Positions 47,514-56,200 of a stretch of DNA of 64,000 bases are shown here, piece after piece; the first letter of the stretch is position 1; every line of letters starts with the position of its first letter. The position numbers were made by a program, and so were the translations under genes. Location of the stretch: contig JAHJBZ010000002.1 of NCBI GenBank assembly GCA_018813295.1, positions 1,935 through 65,934 on the forward strand, in the 5' to 3' direction. The stretch comes from Patescibacteria group bacterium. GTDB lineage: Bacteria; Patescibacteriota; Gracilibacteria; UM-FILTER-43-11. The notes beneath the pieces were generated by a model. The model worked only from the letters and a program-made list of their open reading frames with translations, did no database searches and was not told the DNA's origin.

Positions 47514-48584
47514 AAATTCTAATCCAAAGTGCAATTTTTGATGAAGACTTCGTGGGGGGTCAGATAGCCTAATCGTTTTCGTGGTCTGTGGTTAATTAAA
47601 TTTACCACTTTTTCCAGTTTTTCCTGAGTAACTTCAGAAAATGAACTCTTTTTTGGAAAAAACTGCCTTAATAATCCGTTGGTATTCTCATTTGTTCCAC
47701 GCTCCCATGAATGGTAAGGGTATGCATGGTAAACATCCATTTCTGTTTCACGTTCAATTAATTCATACTCTCCAAATTCCGAACCGTTATCATAAGTAAT
47801 CGTGAATTTTTTCTTTTTGGGTAAACTTTTAAATTGTCTGACAGTTGTTTTTCGGGTAATTTCAGCCAATCCTCTTTCCAGTTTGTCTGCCAGTAAATAA
47901 CCGCTCATTCGATCTACATGAGTCAGTATTCTTTCCTTACGGTTTAATCCGACAATGGTATCTCCTTCAAAATCTCCGAGACGTCCTCGTTTTTCAACAA
48001 TGTCAGGTCTTGTATCTATACGTTTCTTTTTGCCTTCTTCACGAGCTTTTTCCAGTTTTTTAGTTCCATATCTTTTTCTGTATTTACCCTTTTGACATTT
48101 CATATATCTTTTAAGATCCTCTCTTTGTTTGTAGATAAATTGGTAAATAGTTTCATGACAAAGAATAGTTTTGCCATATCTAAGCCTTAGCCTGCCTGCT
48201 ATCTGTTCAGGCGACCAGTATTTCCTTAGCTTTCGTTCAATGTAGCGTTTAAGCTTTTTGTTGGCTCTTAGCTTTCTGAATCTTTTATTTGCATTCAGAC
48301 GTTTTGCCTTAACATTACGTTTGGCTAAAAAACAATTATATCTGCCTTCATTTGTACTATTTCTTTTTATTTCTCTCGAAATAGACGAAGGATGTTTGTC
48401 TAAAATCTCAGCGATTTCAGACTGTTTGTGGCCAGCCCGGAGTAATACGGCTAGCTCAACCCGCTCGTCGGGTTTAATATGTGTGTAGGACATCATATGT
48501 GGTGGGGTTAAGGTGTAAGTTTGCTTACTACTATCTTACCTCACCCTTTGATGTCTTCATTTGTTGCACTTCGGTCTAGAATTC
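47514..48584 (-). mobile_element. IS30-family insertion sequence (~1.07 kb)
   Basis: It contains a single transposase ORF. The imperfect terminal inverted repeats are aaattctaatccaaagtgcaa (47514-) and the reverse complement of ttgcacttcggtctagaattc (-48584). One repeat overlaps the transposase stop, as is usual for IS30. Confidence 0.8.
47519..48496 (-). CDS. IS30-family transposase
   Basis: 325 aa with an N-terminal HTH (ERVELAVLLRAGHKQSEIAEILDKHPSSISREIKRN) and a DDE/rve core (GDFEGDT.., TYDNGSEF.., WERGTNENTNGLLRQ). Confidence 0.9.
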   Translation of the reverse strand: MMSYTHIKPDERVELAVLLRAGHKQSEIAEILDKHPSSISREIKRNSTNEGRYNCFLAKRNVKAKRLNANKRFRKLRANKKLKRYIERKLRKYWSPEQIAGRLRLRYGKTILCHETIYQFIYKQREDLKRYMKCQKGKYRKRYGTKKLEKAREEGKKKRIDTRPDIVEKRGRLGDFEGDTIVGLNRKERILTHVDRMSGYLLADKLERGLAEITRKTTVRQFKSLPKKKKFTITYDNGSEFGEYELIERETEMDVYHAYPYHSWERGTNENTNGLLRQFFPKKSSFSEVTQEKLEKVVNLINHRPRKRLGYLTPHEVFIKNCTLD

Positions 48585-48670
48585 AGGAATAGACCCTTGC
48601 ATTATGATTTTTTTTATGTTATAATGGTACATAAACCTAAAATAAAATATTAAAAAACAAAACAAATATT

Positions 48671-48820
48671 ATGTCTATATTCAAAAAAAGTCCCGACCGA
48701 GAACCCGTTCCTAATAACCCAACATTTAATGACTTTAACAATGTCGCTGATAACTGCAGAGGTTATTGCAATGATGTCTTAAATATGGGAAATAATCCCG
48801 TTTCAAGAAGAAGAGCTCTA
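48671..48820 (+). CDS. Micro-ORF copy 1 (MSIFKK..., 49 codons), possibly a frameshifted pseudogene
   Basis: My translation is MSIFKKSPDREPVPNNPTFNDFNNVADNCRGYCNDVLIWEIIPFQEEEL*. An Arg-rich tail homologous to copy 2 (NMGNNPVSRRRALRRKLRGL) appears only in the +2 frame from 48781. It has its own TTGCAT-N17-TGtTATAAT promoter. Confidence 0.35.
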
Positions 48821-48867
48821 AGACGCAAATTGAGAGGATTGAACTCTTAAAAAAATTTTTTAAAACT

Positions 48868-48895
48868 ATACGTATTATTTGATACGTATTTTTTT
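48868..48895 (+). terminator. Rho-independent terminator after micro-ORF copy 1
   Basis: ATACGTAT (48868-75), a 6-nt loop and ATACGTAT (48882-89), followed by TTTTTT. Confidence 0.6.
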
Positions 48896-48977
48896 GCCTT
48901 TATAACCTTGCGTAATTAATAAAATTATGTTATAATAATACATAAACTTAATAAAAGTAAGCAATAAAATAAATAAT

Positions 48978-49175
48978 ATGTCTATATTTAAAAAGAATTC
49001 CGCTTCAGCGTCTCCTTCTGATTCTGATCAGCCATCTCTTGATGAATTTCGTAAAATCGGAAACAGTCTTATAGAAGATAGCAGGCTTGCTTTAGGTGGG
49101 GTTTTAGGAGAAGGAAGAAAACGCTTGCTCAGAAGGCAGGCATTTATGAATAGATTGCGAGGATTAAGTTCCTAA
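48978..49175 (+). CDS. Micro-ORF copy 2 (65 aa, MSIFKK...RKRLLRRQAFMNRLRGLSS)
   Basis: The ORF is intact and has a duplicated promoter (ccttgcgt..atgttataat). Its 3' end overlaps the convergent 312-aa gene by 12 nt. Confidence 0.45.
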   Translation: MSIFKKNSASASPSDSDQPSLDEFRKIGNSLIEDSRLALGGVLGEGRKRLLRRQAFMNRLRGLSS

Positions 49176-50102
49176 AAGCAGGTTTTTTTGAATTCTGGTA
49201 TTGTTAATTACACGTATTATTCTAACCACTACATCCAATATATATTCCAGTTGCTGCAGGGCGTCTTCATTGAGACATTCTAAATTACGTTTATACCTTT
49301 CACTGCCCTTAAATTCAGCAAAAAGAATTCCTGTCTGGCCAGCCAGATCATCACTCATATGAGTAATCATACTTTTAGCGAGTTTAATCATTCTGTGGGT
49401 AAGTTCTTCGACAGATCCGCCATTTTCAAGCATTTCAAAAATCTGATCGAGTTCCAAATTCTCACTATCAAATTCCACTGCATCTGCAGTTAGTCTTCCT
49501 GGTATATCAATATCTTCTCTCAATCCGTTTCTTAAATCAATTTGCCTGTAGGCAGGAGAAATTTGTGCTAATGCCTGTTTACTTACCACTTCATACCCCC
49601 TCCTCATTTCATTTAAAATTCCTTCTATTTCAGCTACAGCCTGGTCGTAATATTTACCTTCATTATCAACTAAATAATTAACTCCCTGGAGTTGTAATTC
49701 GTGTATTAAAGTGCTAACTCTTCTTTCTAATCTTTGGTAATACCCAGCTAAGGCGGATATAAATTCCTCACCAATAGCTCCACGCACCTCCCCCATTTTC
49801 TGTATGCCATCAGGGGTAAGGGGGAATTCCGGTTTGTCAAAAAATTCAGCTTCTGCCTGAACTCGAGCTGCATGCCCCAATAAAAATTCCACTCTTCCTC
49901 TTGCGCCTTCAACTATTTCCGGCTTGCCTGTTTGGAACACCTCTAAAAATGTCTCCATATCACCAAAAAAGTCCATAGATTCATCACTTACTAACGCCTT
50001 AGGTGTTGGGATTTCATTTCCTGCTAAAGAAACAGACATATGTTCGTTTTTGTTTTGATTAGAGGGCCTTCTTGATAAGTCTACAACACAATTGGATTTC
50101 AA
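49164..50102 (-). CDS. Orphan 312-aa soluble protein
   Basis: Uninterrupted ORF, predicted helical, with no recognisable motif. Confidence 0.55.
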   Translation of the reverse strand: MKSNCVVDLSRRPSNQNKNEHMSVSLAGNEIPTPKALVSDESMDFFGDMETFLEVFQTGKPEIVEGARGRVEFLLGHAARVQAEAEFFDKPEFPLTPDGIQKMGEVRGAIGEEFISALAGYYQRLERRVSTLIHELQLQGVNYLVDNEGKYYDQAVAEIEGILNEMRRGYEVVSKQALAQISPAYRQIDLRNGLREDIDIPGRLTADAVEFDSENLELDQIFEMLENGGSVEELTHRMIKLAKSMITHMSDDLAGQTGILFAEFKGSERYKRNLECLNEDALQQLEYILDVVVRIIRVINNTRIQKNLLLGT

Positions 50103-50117
50103 TGCAAGTTTTAATTA

Positions 50118-51032
50118 TTATTTCAATAATCTTTGGGCTTTTTTCATTTGTCTGATTGCAATTATGCATTGTTTGTATATGCTGATGACTCGCTGTATTT
50201 TTTCGGCATCACTATTGCCTAATACAGCGAATTTTTCGTCCATTCTGAAAGCATTTATTATCTGTGCGGCCAATCCAGTATTCATAAGTGCTAATTGCCC
50301 TGCTGTATATAATAAAATCATCTGGGCCAGCTGATCGGCAGGCTCATTAACTAAAGCTTCCGCTATTCTTTTTTCTATTATTTCCTGTATATGCAAACGA
50401 ACATCAAATTCACTGCCGCCAATTTCGTTGCGCACTGCAAAAGTATGATCATGTTTAATTTCTGAAAAATCGGTTTTAAAACCTAATTCACTTGTAACTA
50501 TTGACTGTTTCAAGCTTACGACCCCCACCATTAAGTTTAATAATTCTTCAACTTCAAACCTAAGTGAGCCAGGCTGATCTTTAATGCTGATTAAATATGC
50601 CGGGCCATTTTCGGGGTCAACGGTTTTGGCGATCATTTCCTGTGCTTTATCATCAATTCCGGCAAAGGTGGACTGGATTCCGGCAAGTAATTCCGGACTA
50701 ATTAATTTTTTGACTTCAGCTAAACGGGCTTGGGCTTCTGGTGAAGTATTAAATTCATTTATGTCGGTAACCATATCCTGAATATAGGCTACTATAAAAC
50801 TGCAGCTCAATAAAACACTGGGCATGAGATCCTCACCTTGCGTATTTTGCAAAGTGCCTAAAAGTTCTTTCACCTTGTCGGGCAAATCGGATATCAAAGA
50901 TGACAAGGCATCTTCTGTAAGATGTCTTGTGCCCAGCATTAAAGCTGTAAGTTCACCTTGTTTAGAATCTTCAGCTGGCGCAATGCTGACAGCATCCGGA
51001 CTGTCATCTTGTTTTAAACTATTGGAGGGCAT
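50118..51032 (-). CDS. Orphan 304-aa soluble protein
   Basis: Uninterrupted ORF 15 nt upstream of, and co-oriented with, the 312-aa gene. No recognisable motif. Confidence 0.55.
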   Translation of the reverse strand: MPSNSLKQDDSPDAVSIAPAEDSKQGELTALMLGTRHLTEDALSSLISDLPDKVKELLGTLQNTQGEDLMPSVLLSCSFIVAYIQDMVTDINEFNTSPEAQARLAEVKKLISPELLAGIQSTFAGIDDKAQEMIAKTVDPENGPAYLISIKDQPGSLRFEVEELLNLMVGVVSLKQSIVTSELGFKTDFSEIKHDHTFAVRNEIGGSEFDVRLHIQEIIEKRIAEALVNEPADQLAQMILLYTAGQLALMNTGLAAQIINAFRMDEKFAVLGNSDAEKIQRVISIYKQCIIAIRQMKKAQRLLK

Positions 51033-51086
51033 GATAAAAAACGTTAGGCGGTTATTATTGCCTTATAACGTAATTTTTGTCAAGCT

Positions 51087-51800
51087 TTACCTGACGACTT
51101 TATCTTTTTTATGCTCTCTGATTTCAACTTTCTTAATAGCCTCAAGAAGTTCTTTGACGACATCCTTGCCTCCTAATCCGAATGCAAGACCACCGGCAAT
51201 TGTAAGCATTGCAACGAACCCGATGAACAGAGTTTGAATTAGGATTTCCGCAATTTCAAGCTCTGTAAGAGCGGCCAATACCGCAAAAGCTATAACTGTA
51301 CCTTTAGCGGCAATACCCAATATATTTGCGGTATTGGTTTTCGCAAAACTCAGTGATGTGGAAATCAGTATCTGCATGGTGTTTCCTATGCGAATGCCGA
51401 CCAGCATAATAAAAATAGCTACGATCACATCCGGAACATAATTTATAACCTTTGTTAAGAATTCTGCGATTCGTGTCAGTTGTGCTACTTTTGTCGCTTC
51501 GATAAAGAAAAGGAAAATAAGATATCCTTTAACACCCTTGGCTACTATATGGGAAGCCCCGAATTTTGATTTAATTCGCTTCAAAAAATGCTCAAGCCCC
51601 AATTTGTCCGCAAGCCATTCCAGTCTGATTTTTTTCGACATCTTTATAATCGCGCGAGATACAAGTTCAGCCAAGATCCATCCAAACAGAAAAAGGGCGA
51701 TTGCACCCAGAATATATGGAGCCATATTCGCAAAGTTTTCATATTTAGTCTGAATCGCATCTGTAATGCTTCCTATAATTTTGAAAAATAGATCGTCCAT
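51087..51800 (-). CDS. Multi-pass membrane protein (TM-helix-repeat / small mechanosensitive-channel-associated type?)
   Basis: 237 aa with four to five hydrophobic helices and a charged C-terminal tail. The functional assignment is weak. Confidence 0.5.
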   Translation of the reverse strand: MDDLFFKIIGSITDAIQTKYENFANMAPYILGAIALFLFGWILAELVSRAIIKMSKKIRLEWLADKLGLEHFLKRIKSKFGASHIVAKGVKGYLIFLFFIEATKVAQLTRIAEFLTKVINYVPDVIVAIFIMLVGIRIGNTMQILISTSLSFAKTNTANILGIAAKGTVIAFAVLAALTELEIAEILIQTLFIGFVAMLTIAGGLAFGLGGKDVVKELLEAIKKVEIREHKKDKVVR

Positions 51801-51979
51801 GTTTTGTTTTTATTCACATATCAGAAGGGAAATGCTTTTTTTTGTAAAAATTTTCATTTCAGAATTTTTCGCTACTTTCGTCTGAATTATATCAGACTCA
51901 ATTCGCTTCAGCACGCATTTCTCGCTTCTATCTATTATACCAAAAAAAGCCTTATAAAACAAGTCAATAAGCTAAAAAG

Positions 51980-52057
51980 TGGGGCGAACGATGGGTCTTG
52001 AACCCATGACCTTCCGGACCACAACCGGACGCTCTAACCAACTGAGCTACGTTCGCC
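51980..52057 (-). tRNA. tRNA-His (anticodon GTG) with encoded G-1 and 3' CCA
   Basis: The reverse complement reads G-GCGAACG-TA-GCTC-AGTTGGTTA-GAGC-G-TCCGG-TTGTGGT-CCGGA-AGGTC-ATGGG-TTCAAGA-CCCAT-CGTTCGC-C-CCA. All four stems pair, and G-1 lies opposite C73. Confidence 0.9.
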
Positions 52058-52156
52058 ATAGCATTTCGCTTCGAAAGTTTATATTTTATCATCAAAAAAA
52101 GCAAGAAATGGGATCGAAAATATGGTAGAATCCTTTTGCTGTTTTTTTTTAAGAAT

Positions 52157-53095
52157 ATGCGAATACTTGTTACCGGAGGAGCGGGGTTTATCGGCTCCAA
52201 TTTCATCCGTTATATGCTAGGCAGATACCCTGATTACCAGATTATCAATCTGGATAAACTGACGTACGCGGGTAATTTGGATAATTGTAAGGATTATGAA
52301 AGCAACCCCAATTACACTTTTGTGCAAGGTGATATTGCGGATGAGAAAGTGGTGGATGAATCGGCGCAAAAAGTAGACGTGATTATAAATTTCGCTGCGG
52401 AAACTCATGTGGATAGGAGCAATAATGAGTCGGCTCCTTTTTTGCAGACAAATATTATTGGAGTTAAGACGCTAATGGAGGCTGCGTTAAAGCATAATCA
52501 TGAACGCTTTTTTCAGATTTCTACGGATGAGGTTTATGGGGACATAATGGAAGGACACTTCAGCGAAGAATCCGTTTTAAAACCAAGTAACCCTTATTCC
52601 GCTTCCAAAGCCGCTGCGGAGATGCTGGCTATGGCTTATCACAGAACTCACAAACTTCCTGTGGTGATTTCCCGTTGCTCTAATAATTATGGACCATATC
52701 AATATCCTGAAAAAATCGTTCCGTTTTTCATTAAAAAACTGATGAATGGTGAAAAGGTTCCGGTTTATGGTGATGGTGCAAATGTCAGGGACTGGTTACA
52801 TGTAGATGATCACAGCCGTGCTATTGATTTGATTCTGCATAAAGGTAAAATTGGAGAGGTATACAATATCAGTGCAAACGAAGAACATTCGAATCTGGAT
52901 ATTACAAAAAGAATACTCAACATCCTCGGATATCTGGAGGATAGAATTGAATTTGTAAAAGACCGCCCTGGGCACGATGTTCGTTATGCAATTGATGCCA
53001 GTAAAATACGGAATGAATTGGGGTGGGAACCCTCTGTGAAGTTTGAGATGGGGTTTGAGGAGGTTGTGAATTGGTATAAAAATAATTTTATTTAA
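52157..53095 (+). CDS. rfbB: dTDP-glucose 4,6-dehydratase
   Basis: MRILVTGGAGFIGSNF Rossmann motif, YSASKAA catalytic YxxxK and DRPGHDVRYAID. I place the start at ATG 52157 rather than the TTG at 52136. Confidence 0.9.
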   Translation: MRILVTGGAGFIGSNFIRYMLGRYPDYQIINLDKLTYAGNLDNCKDYESNPNYTFVQGDIADEKVVDESAQKVDVIINFAAETHVDRSNNESAPFLQTNIIGVKTLMEAALKHNHERFFQISTDEVYGDIMEGHFSEESVLKPSNPYSASKAAAEMLAMAYHRTHKLPVVISRCSNNYGPYQYPEKIVPFFIKKLMNGEKVPVYGDGANVRDWLHVDDHSRAIDLILHKGKIGEVYNISANEEHSNLDITKRILNILGYLEDRIEFVKDRPGHDVRYAIDASKIRNELGWEPSVKFEMGFEEVVNWYKNNFI

Positions 53096-53170
53096 TTTAC
53101 AATTTTAAATTTTAAATTTTCAAACATTGAAATTTGTTTGTAAATTGTAAATTGTAAATTTAAAATTTTT
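53096..53170. repeat. AT-rich hairpin (TTTACAATTT/AAATTGTAAA family) between rfbB and glmS
   Basis: tttacaattttaaattttaaattttcaaaca..tttgtttgtaaattgtaaattgtaaatttaaaatt. Confidence 0.5.
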
Positions 53171-53175
53171 AAAAC

Positions 53176-54939
53176 ATGTGTGGAATCTTCGGCTATTTAG
53201 GCCCTAAAACCAACAGTCTTGAGCTCGTAATTAAGGGCTTACAAAAGCTTGAATACCGCGGATATGATTCCTGGGGTGTTGCTACGGATCTGAATGGGGA
53301 ATTATTTGTCGACAAAAAGGTAGGTAAGATTTCCGAAGCTAAATTGGATAATTTTAAGGATAAAAGTTCCAACATTGCAATTGGCCACACTCGCTGGGCT
53401 ACGCATGGCGGGGTTACGGATATTAATGCGCATCCTCATTTCAGCAGTGATAAAACCATTGCCGTTGTTCACAATGGAATCATTGAAAATTATCAGGAGA
53501 TCAGAGAAGAGCTTGGTAAGGAGAATTTTATTACCGAAACCGATACGGAAGTAATCCCTCAATTGATAGCCAAATACCGTAAGGATAATAGTTTTAAGGA
53601 TGCGGTATTTAAAGCTGTGCAGAGATTGGAGGGCAGGTATGCAATTGTAGTGCTGAATGTTGGAGAAAACTATTTGATTGCAGCCCGCCGTGGTTCACCG
53701 CTGATTGTGGGGGTCGGGAAGGACGAGTATTTTCTCGCATCGGATATTCCAGCATTTTTGGAATATACCAAAGATGTTAATTATCTGGATGATGATGAGA
53801 TGGTGGTTGTGGATGGCGGGGTTGAGTTTATTAATCTGACTACAGGGAAGCCGGTTAAAAAACGTCTGATTAATATCGACTGGCAGGCGGAAAGCGCAGA
53901 AAAAGGCGAATATGACCACTATATGCTCAAGGAAATCATGGAGCAAAAGGAGACGATTTTGCGCGCGATAAATCAGGATACCGATGAAATTATGCATATC
54001 GCCCAGATGATCAAAGATTCGCGTGGCTGTTTTCTTTCCGGGTGTGGGACGGCAGGCAAGGTTTGCATGGCTGGTGAGTATTTCTTTTCCATTATTGCGA
54101 ATCGGCATGTAAATTTTGCACCATCTTCTGAATTTCCTGTTTACCACCACTTTTTAAGACCGGAAAGTTTGCTTATTATAGTTTCACAAAGCGGTGAGAC
54201 AGCGGATGCTCTGGAGGCAATGGAGGCTGCAAAAAAGAAGGGGTGTAAGGTTTTTTCAATTGTAAATGTGGAAGGATCCACAATTGCTAGACAATCAGAC
54301 TTTTCACTTCATATCAAGGCAGGGCCGGAAAAAGCCGTGGCATCTACAAAGGCTGCAACTTCGCAAATGGCGCTTTTGCTTTTAATTGCAACTGCGATGA
54401 TTGGAGAACTTCAGGAAGGAAGAAGATTGCTTGCGGAAGTTGCCAGCCAAATTAACGATATGCTTAACCCGAGATTCCTGAATTACATTAAGGAAGTGGC
54501 TGAAAAAATTAAGGATCAGGAAAATTCCTACATAATTGGTAAAGCGGAGAACTATCCAATGGCACTTGAAGCTGCAATTAAAATTCAGGAAGTTTCTTAT
54601 GTTCATGCAGAAGGCTTTGCAGCTGGCGAGCTCAAACATGGGCCTATTGCACTTGTTACCGAGGGGACTCCATGTATTTCTTTGGTCGCAAACGATGAAG
54701 TTAAGAAAGATATAATTAATAATACACTTGAACTGAAAGCCCGCGGTGCTCATATTATTGGAATCAGTCCGGAAAAACATGATGTGTTTGATGACTGGAT
54801 TAAGGTACCGGATGTAGGAATCGCCTCCCCTCTTGTGAATATTATTCCAACTCAGTTATTGGCTTATTATATTGCGGTGCTTAGGGGGCTGGATCCGGAT
54901 ATGCCGAGGAATTTGGCTAAAAGTGTAACTGTAAAATAA
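53176..54939 (+). CDS. glmS: Glutamine--fructose-6-phosphate aminotransferase
   Basis: 587 aa with an N-terminal MCGIFGY Ntn-amidotransferase domain, two SIS domains and the C-terminal KSVTVK. Confidence 0.96.
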   Translation: MCGIFGYLGPKTNSLELVIKGLQKLEYRGYDSWGVATDLNGELFVDKKVGKISEAKLDNFKDKSSNIAIGHTRWATHGGVTDINAHPHFSSDKTIAVVHNGIIENYQEIREELGKENFITETDTEVIPQLIAKYRKDNSFKDAVFKAVQRLEGRYAIVVLNVGENYLIAARRGSPLIVGVGKDEYFLASDIPAFLEYTKDVNYLDDDEMVVVDGGVEFINLTTGKPVKKRLINIDWQAESAEKGEYDHYMLKEIMEQKETILRAINQDTDEIMHIAQMIKDSRGCFLSGCGTAGKVCMAGEYFFSIIANRHVNFAPSSEFPVYHHFLRPESLLIIVSQSGETADALEAMEAAKKKGCKVFSIVNVEGSTIARQSDFSLHIKAGPEKAVASTKAATSQMALLLLIATAMIGELQEGRRLLAEVASQINDMLNPRFLNYIKEVAEKIKDQENSYIIGKAENYPMALEAAIKIQEVSYVHAEGFAAGELKHGPIALVTEGTPCISLVANDEVKKDIINNTLELKARGAHIIGISPEKHDVFDDWIKVPDVGIASPLVNIIPTQLLAYYIAVLRGLDPDMPRNLAKSVTVK

Positions 54940-54945
54940 TTTTAA

Positions 54946-55569
54946 ATGAAAGAGTTACTATTAATTGCATTAATTCATTTGCTTGCTGTCATGTCTCCCG
55001 GGCCGGATCTTATTATGATCGCTAAAAATAGTGTTGTTTATTCAAGAAAAACTGGTGTTTATACTGCGATTGGTCTTGCCTTGGGCATTCTTACGCATGT
55101 GACTTATACGCTAATTGGAATTGGAATCATTATTTCACAATCGATTATTCTGTATAGCGTAATAAAAATTGCTGGTGCATTTTATTTGATTTATTTGGGG
55201 CTAAAGGCATTGCTGTCAAAATCTTCAATGGTCAGTAATAAGAGTTTAGTGAAGGCAGAAAAAGATATGTCTAAATTTCAGGCGGTAAAAATAGGATATT
55301 TAACAAATATACTGAATCCAAAAGTTACAATTTTCTTTCTTAGTATATTCTCACAAGTAGTTTCACCTGAAACTGGTTTGGGTATGAAAATTTTATATGG
55401 AGCTGAAATGTCTATGGCTACATTCGTCTGGTTTAGTTTTGTAGCTAATGTATTAACAATTCAAGCAATTAAGCAACATTATGACCGTTTTTCCGGGCAT
55501 ATTGAAAAAACCATGGGAGTGATACTCACTGCATTAGGATTAAAAATAATATTTTCAGGCAGAGATTAG
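54946..55569 (+). CDS. LysE/RhtB-family amino-acid exporter
   Basis: 207 aa with six TM helices and an N-terminal SPGPD motif. Confidence 0.8.
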   Translation: MKELLLIALIHLLAVMSPGPDLIMIAKNSVVYSRKTGVYTAIGLALGILTHVTYTLIGIGIIISQSIILYSVIKIAGAFYLIYLGLKALLSKSSMVSNKSLVKAEKDMSKFQAVKIGYLTNILNPKVTIFFLSIFSQVVSPETGLGMKILYGAEMSMATFVWFSFVANVLTIQAIKQHYDRFSGHIEKTMGVILTALGLKIIFSGRD

Positions 55570-55898
55570 TAAGTAAGTATGTCATTTAGCCCCTGAAAAA
55601 TTGATTTTAACTCATCATCTGTAATTGTACCTATTTTTTTGGTAAGTCTATCTTTTGAAACAGTACGAATCTGAAAGGTAATGATTTCGGAGTTATGCTT
55701 AAGCCCATTTAATTTTGATGGTTTCAGGGAGACACATCCAATATAATTTTTTATTTTTGAGGAAATTGGACATACGATTAAAACATCAAAATTTCTTACC
55801 ATTGTTTTGCCTGACACAATAACAACAGGACGCTTGCCTCTCTGTTCTTTGCCTTTTGATGGATTTAAATTAGCCCAATATATATCTTTTTGATTCAT
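55566..55898 (-). CDS. MazF/PemK-family toxin (endoribonuclease)
   Basis: 110 aa with DIYWANLNPSKGKEQRGKRPVVIVS..LIVCPISS. It overlaps the antitoxin gene by 4 nt. Confidence 0.8.
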   Translation of the reverse strand: MNQKDIYWANLNPSKGKEQRGKRPVVIVSGKTMVRNFDVLIVCPISSKIKNYIGCVSLKPSKLNGLKHNSEIITFQIRTVSKDRLTKKIGTITDDELKSIFQGLNDILTY

Positions 55899-56137
55899 GC
55901 TTCAAGTGCATTTAATTGCTCTACATAATCATCCAAACCTTCTTCTGCCATCTCCCGCATTTCTTTATCCAGCTTTGCAAGCTTAAAGGATTTAATTAAT
56001 TCCTGTTCTTTGAGATCGCGCAATGCCTCTTCAACAAGTGCACTTTTACTTGTATTATATTTTTTCGCCATTTCCTCAAGCATTTTTGCTAATTGAGGTA
56101 TAATGGTGACTGAAATTCTTGTTTTAGCTAAGCTCAT
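55895..56137 (-). CDS. Ribbon-helix-helix antitoxin partner of the MazF-like toxin
   Basis: 80 aa with TRISVTIIPQLAKMLEEMAKKYNTSKSALVEEALRDL (RHH). It is translationally coupled to the toxin gene. Confidence 0.7.
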   Translation of the reverse strand: MSLAKTRISVTIIPQLAKMLEEMAKKYNTSKSALVEEALRDLKEQELIKSFKLAKLDKEMREMAEEGLDDYVEQLNALEA

Positions 56138-56200
56138 GATATTACTAATTAGTATTACGTATTAATATTACTAAATTATATTACTAAAGTCAACATAATA

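Noticed and set aside
53096-53175. glmS ribozyme upstream of glmS, and T-box leaders upstream of valS (22651-22802) and leuS (46882-47053).
   Set aside because: The glmS spacer is only 80 nt and consists of the AT-rich hairpin. No T-box consensus or specifier-loop architecture is visible upstream of either synthetase gene.
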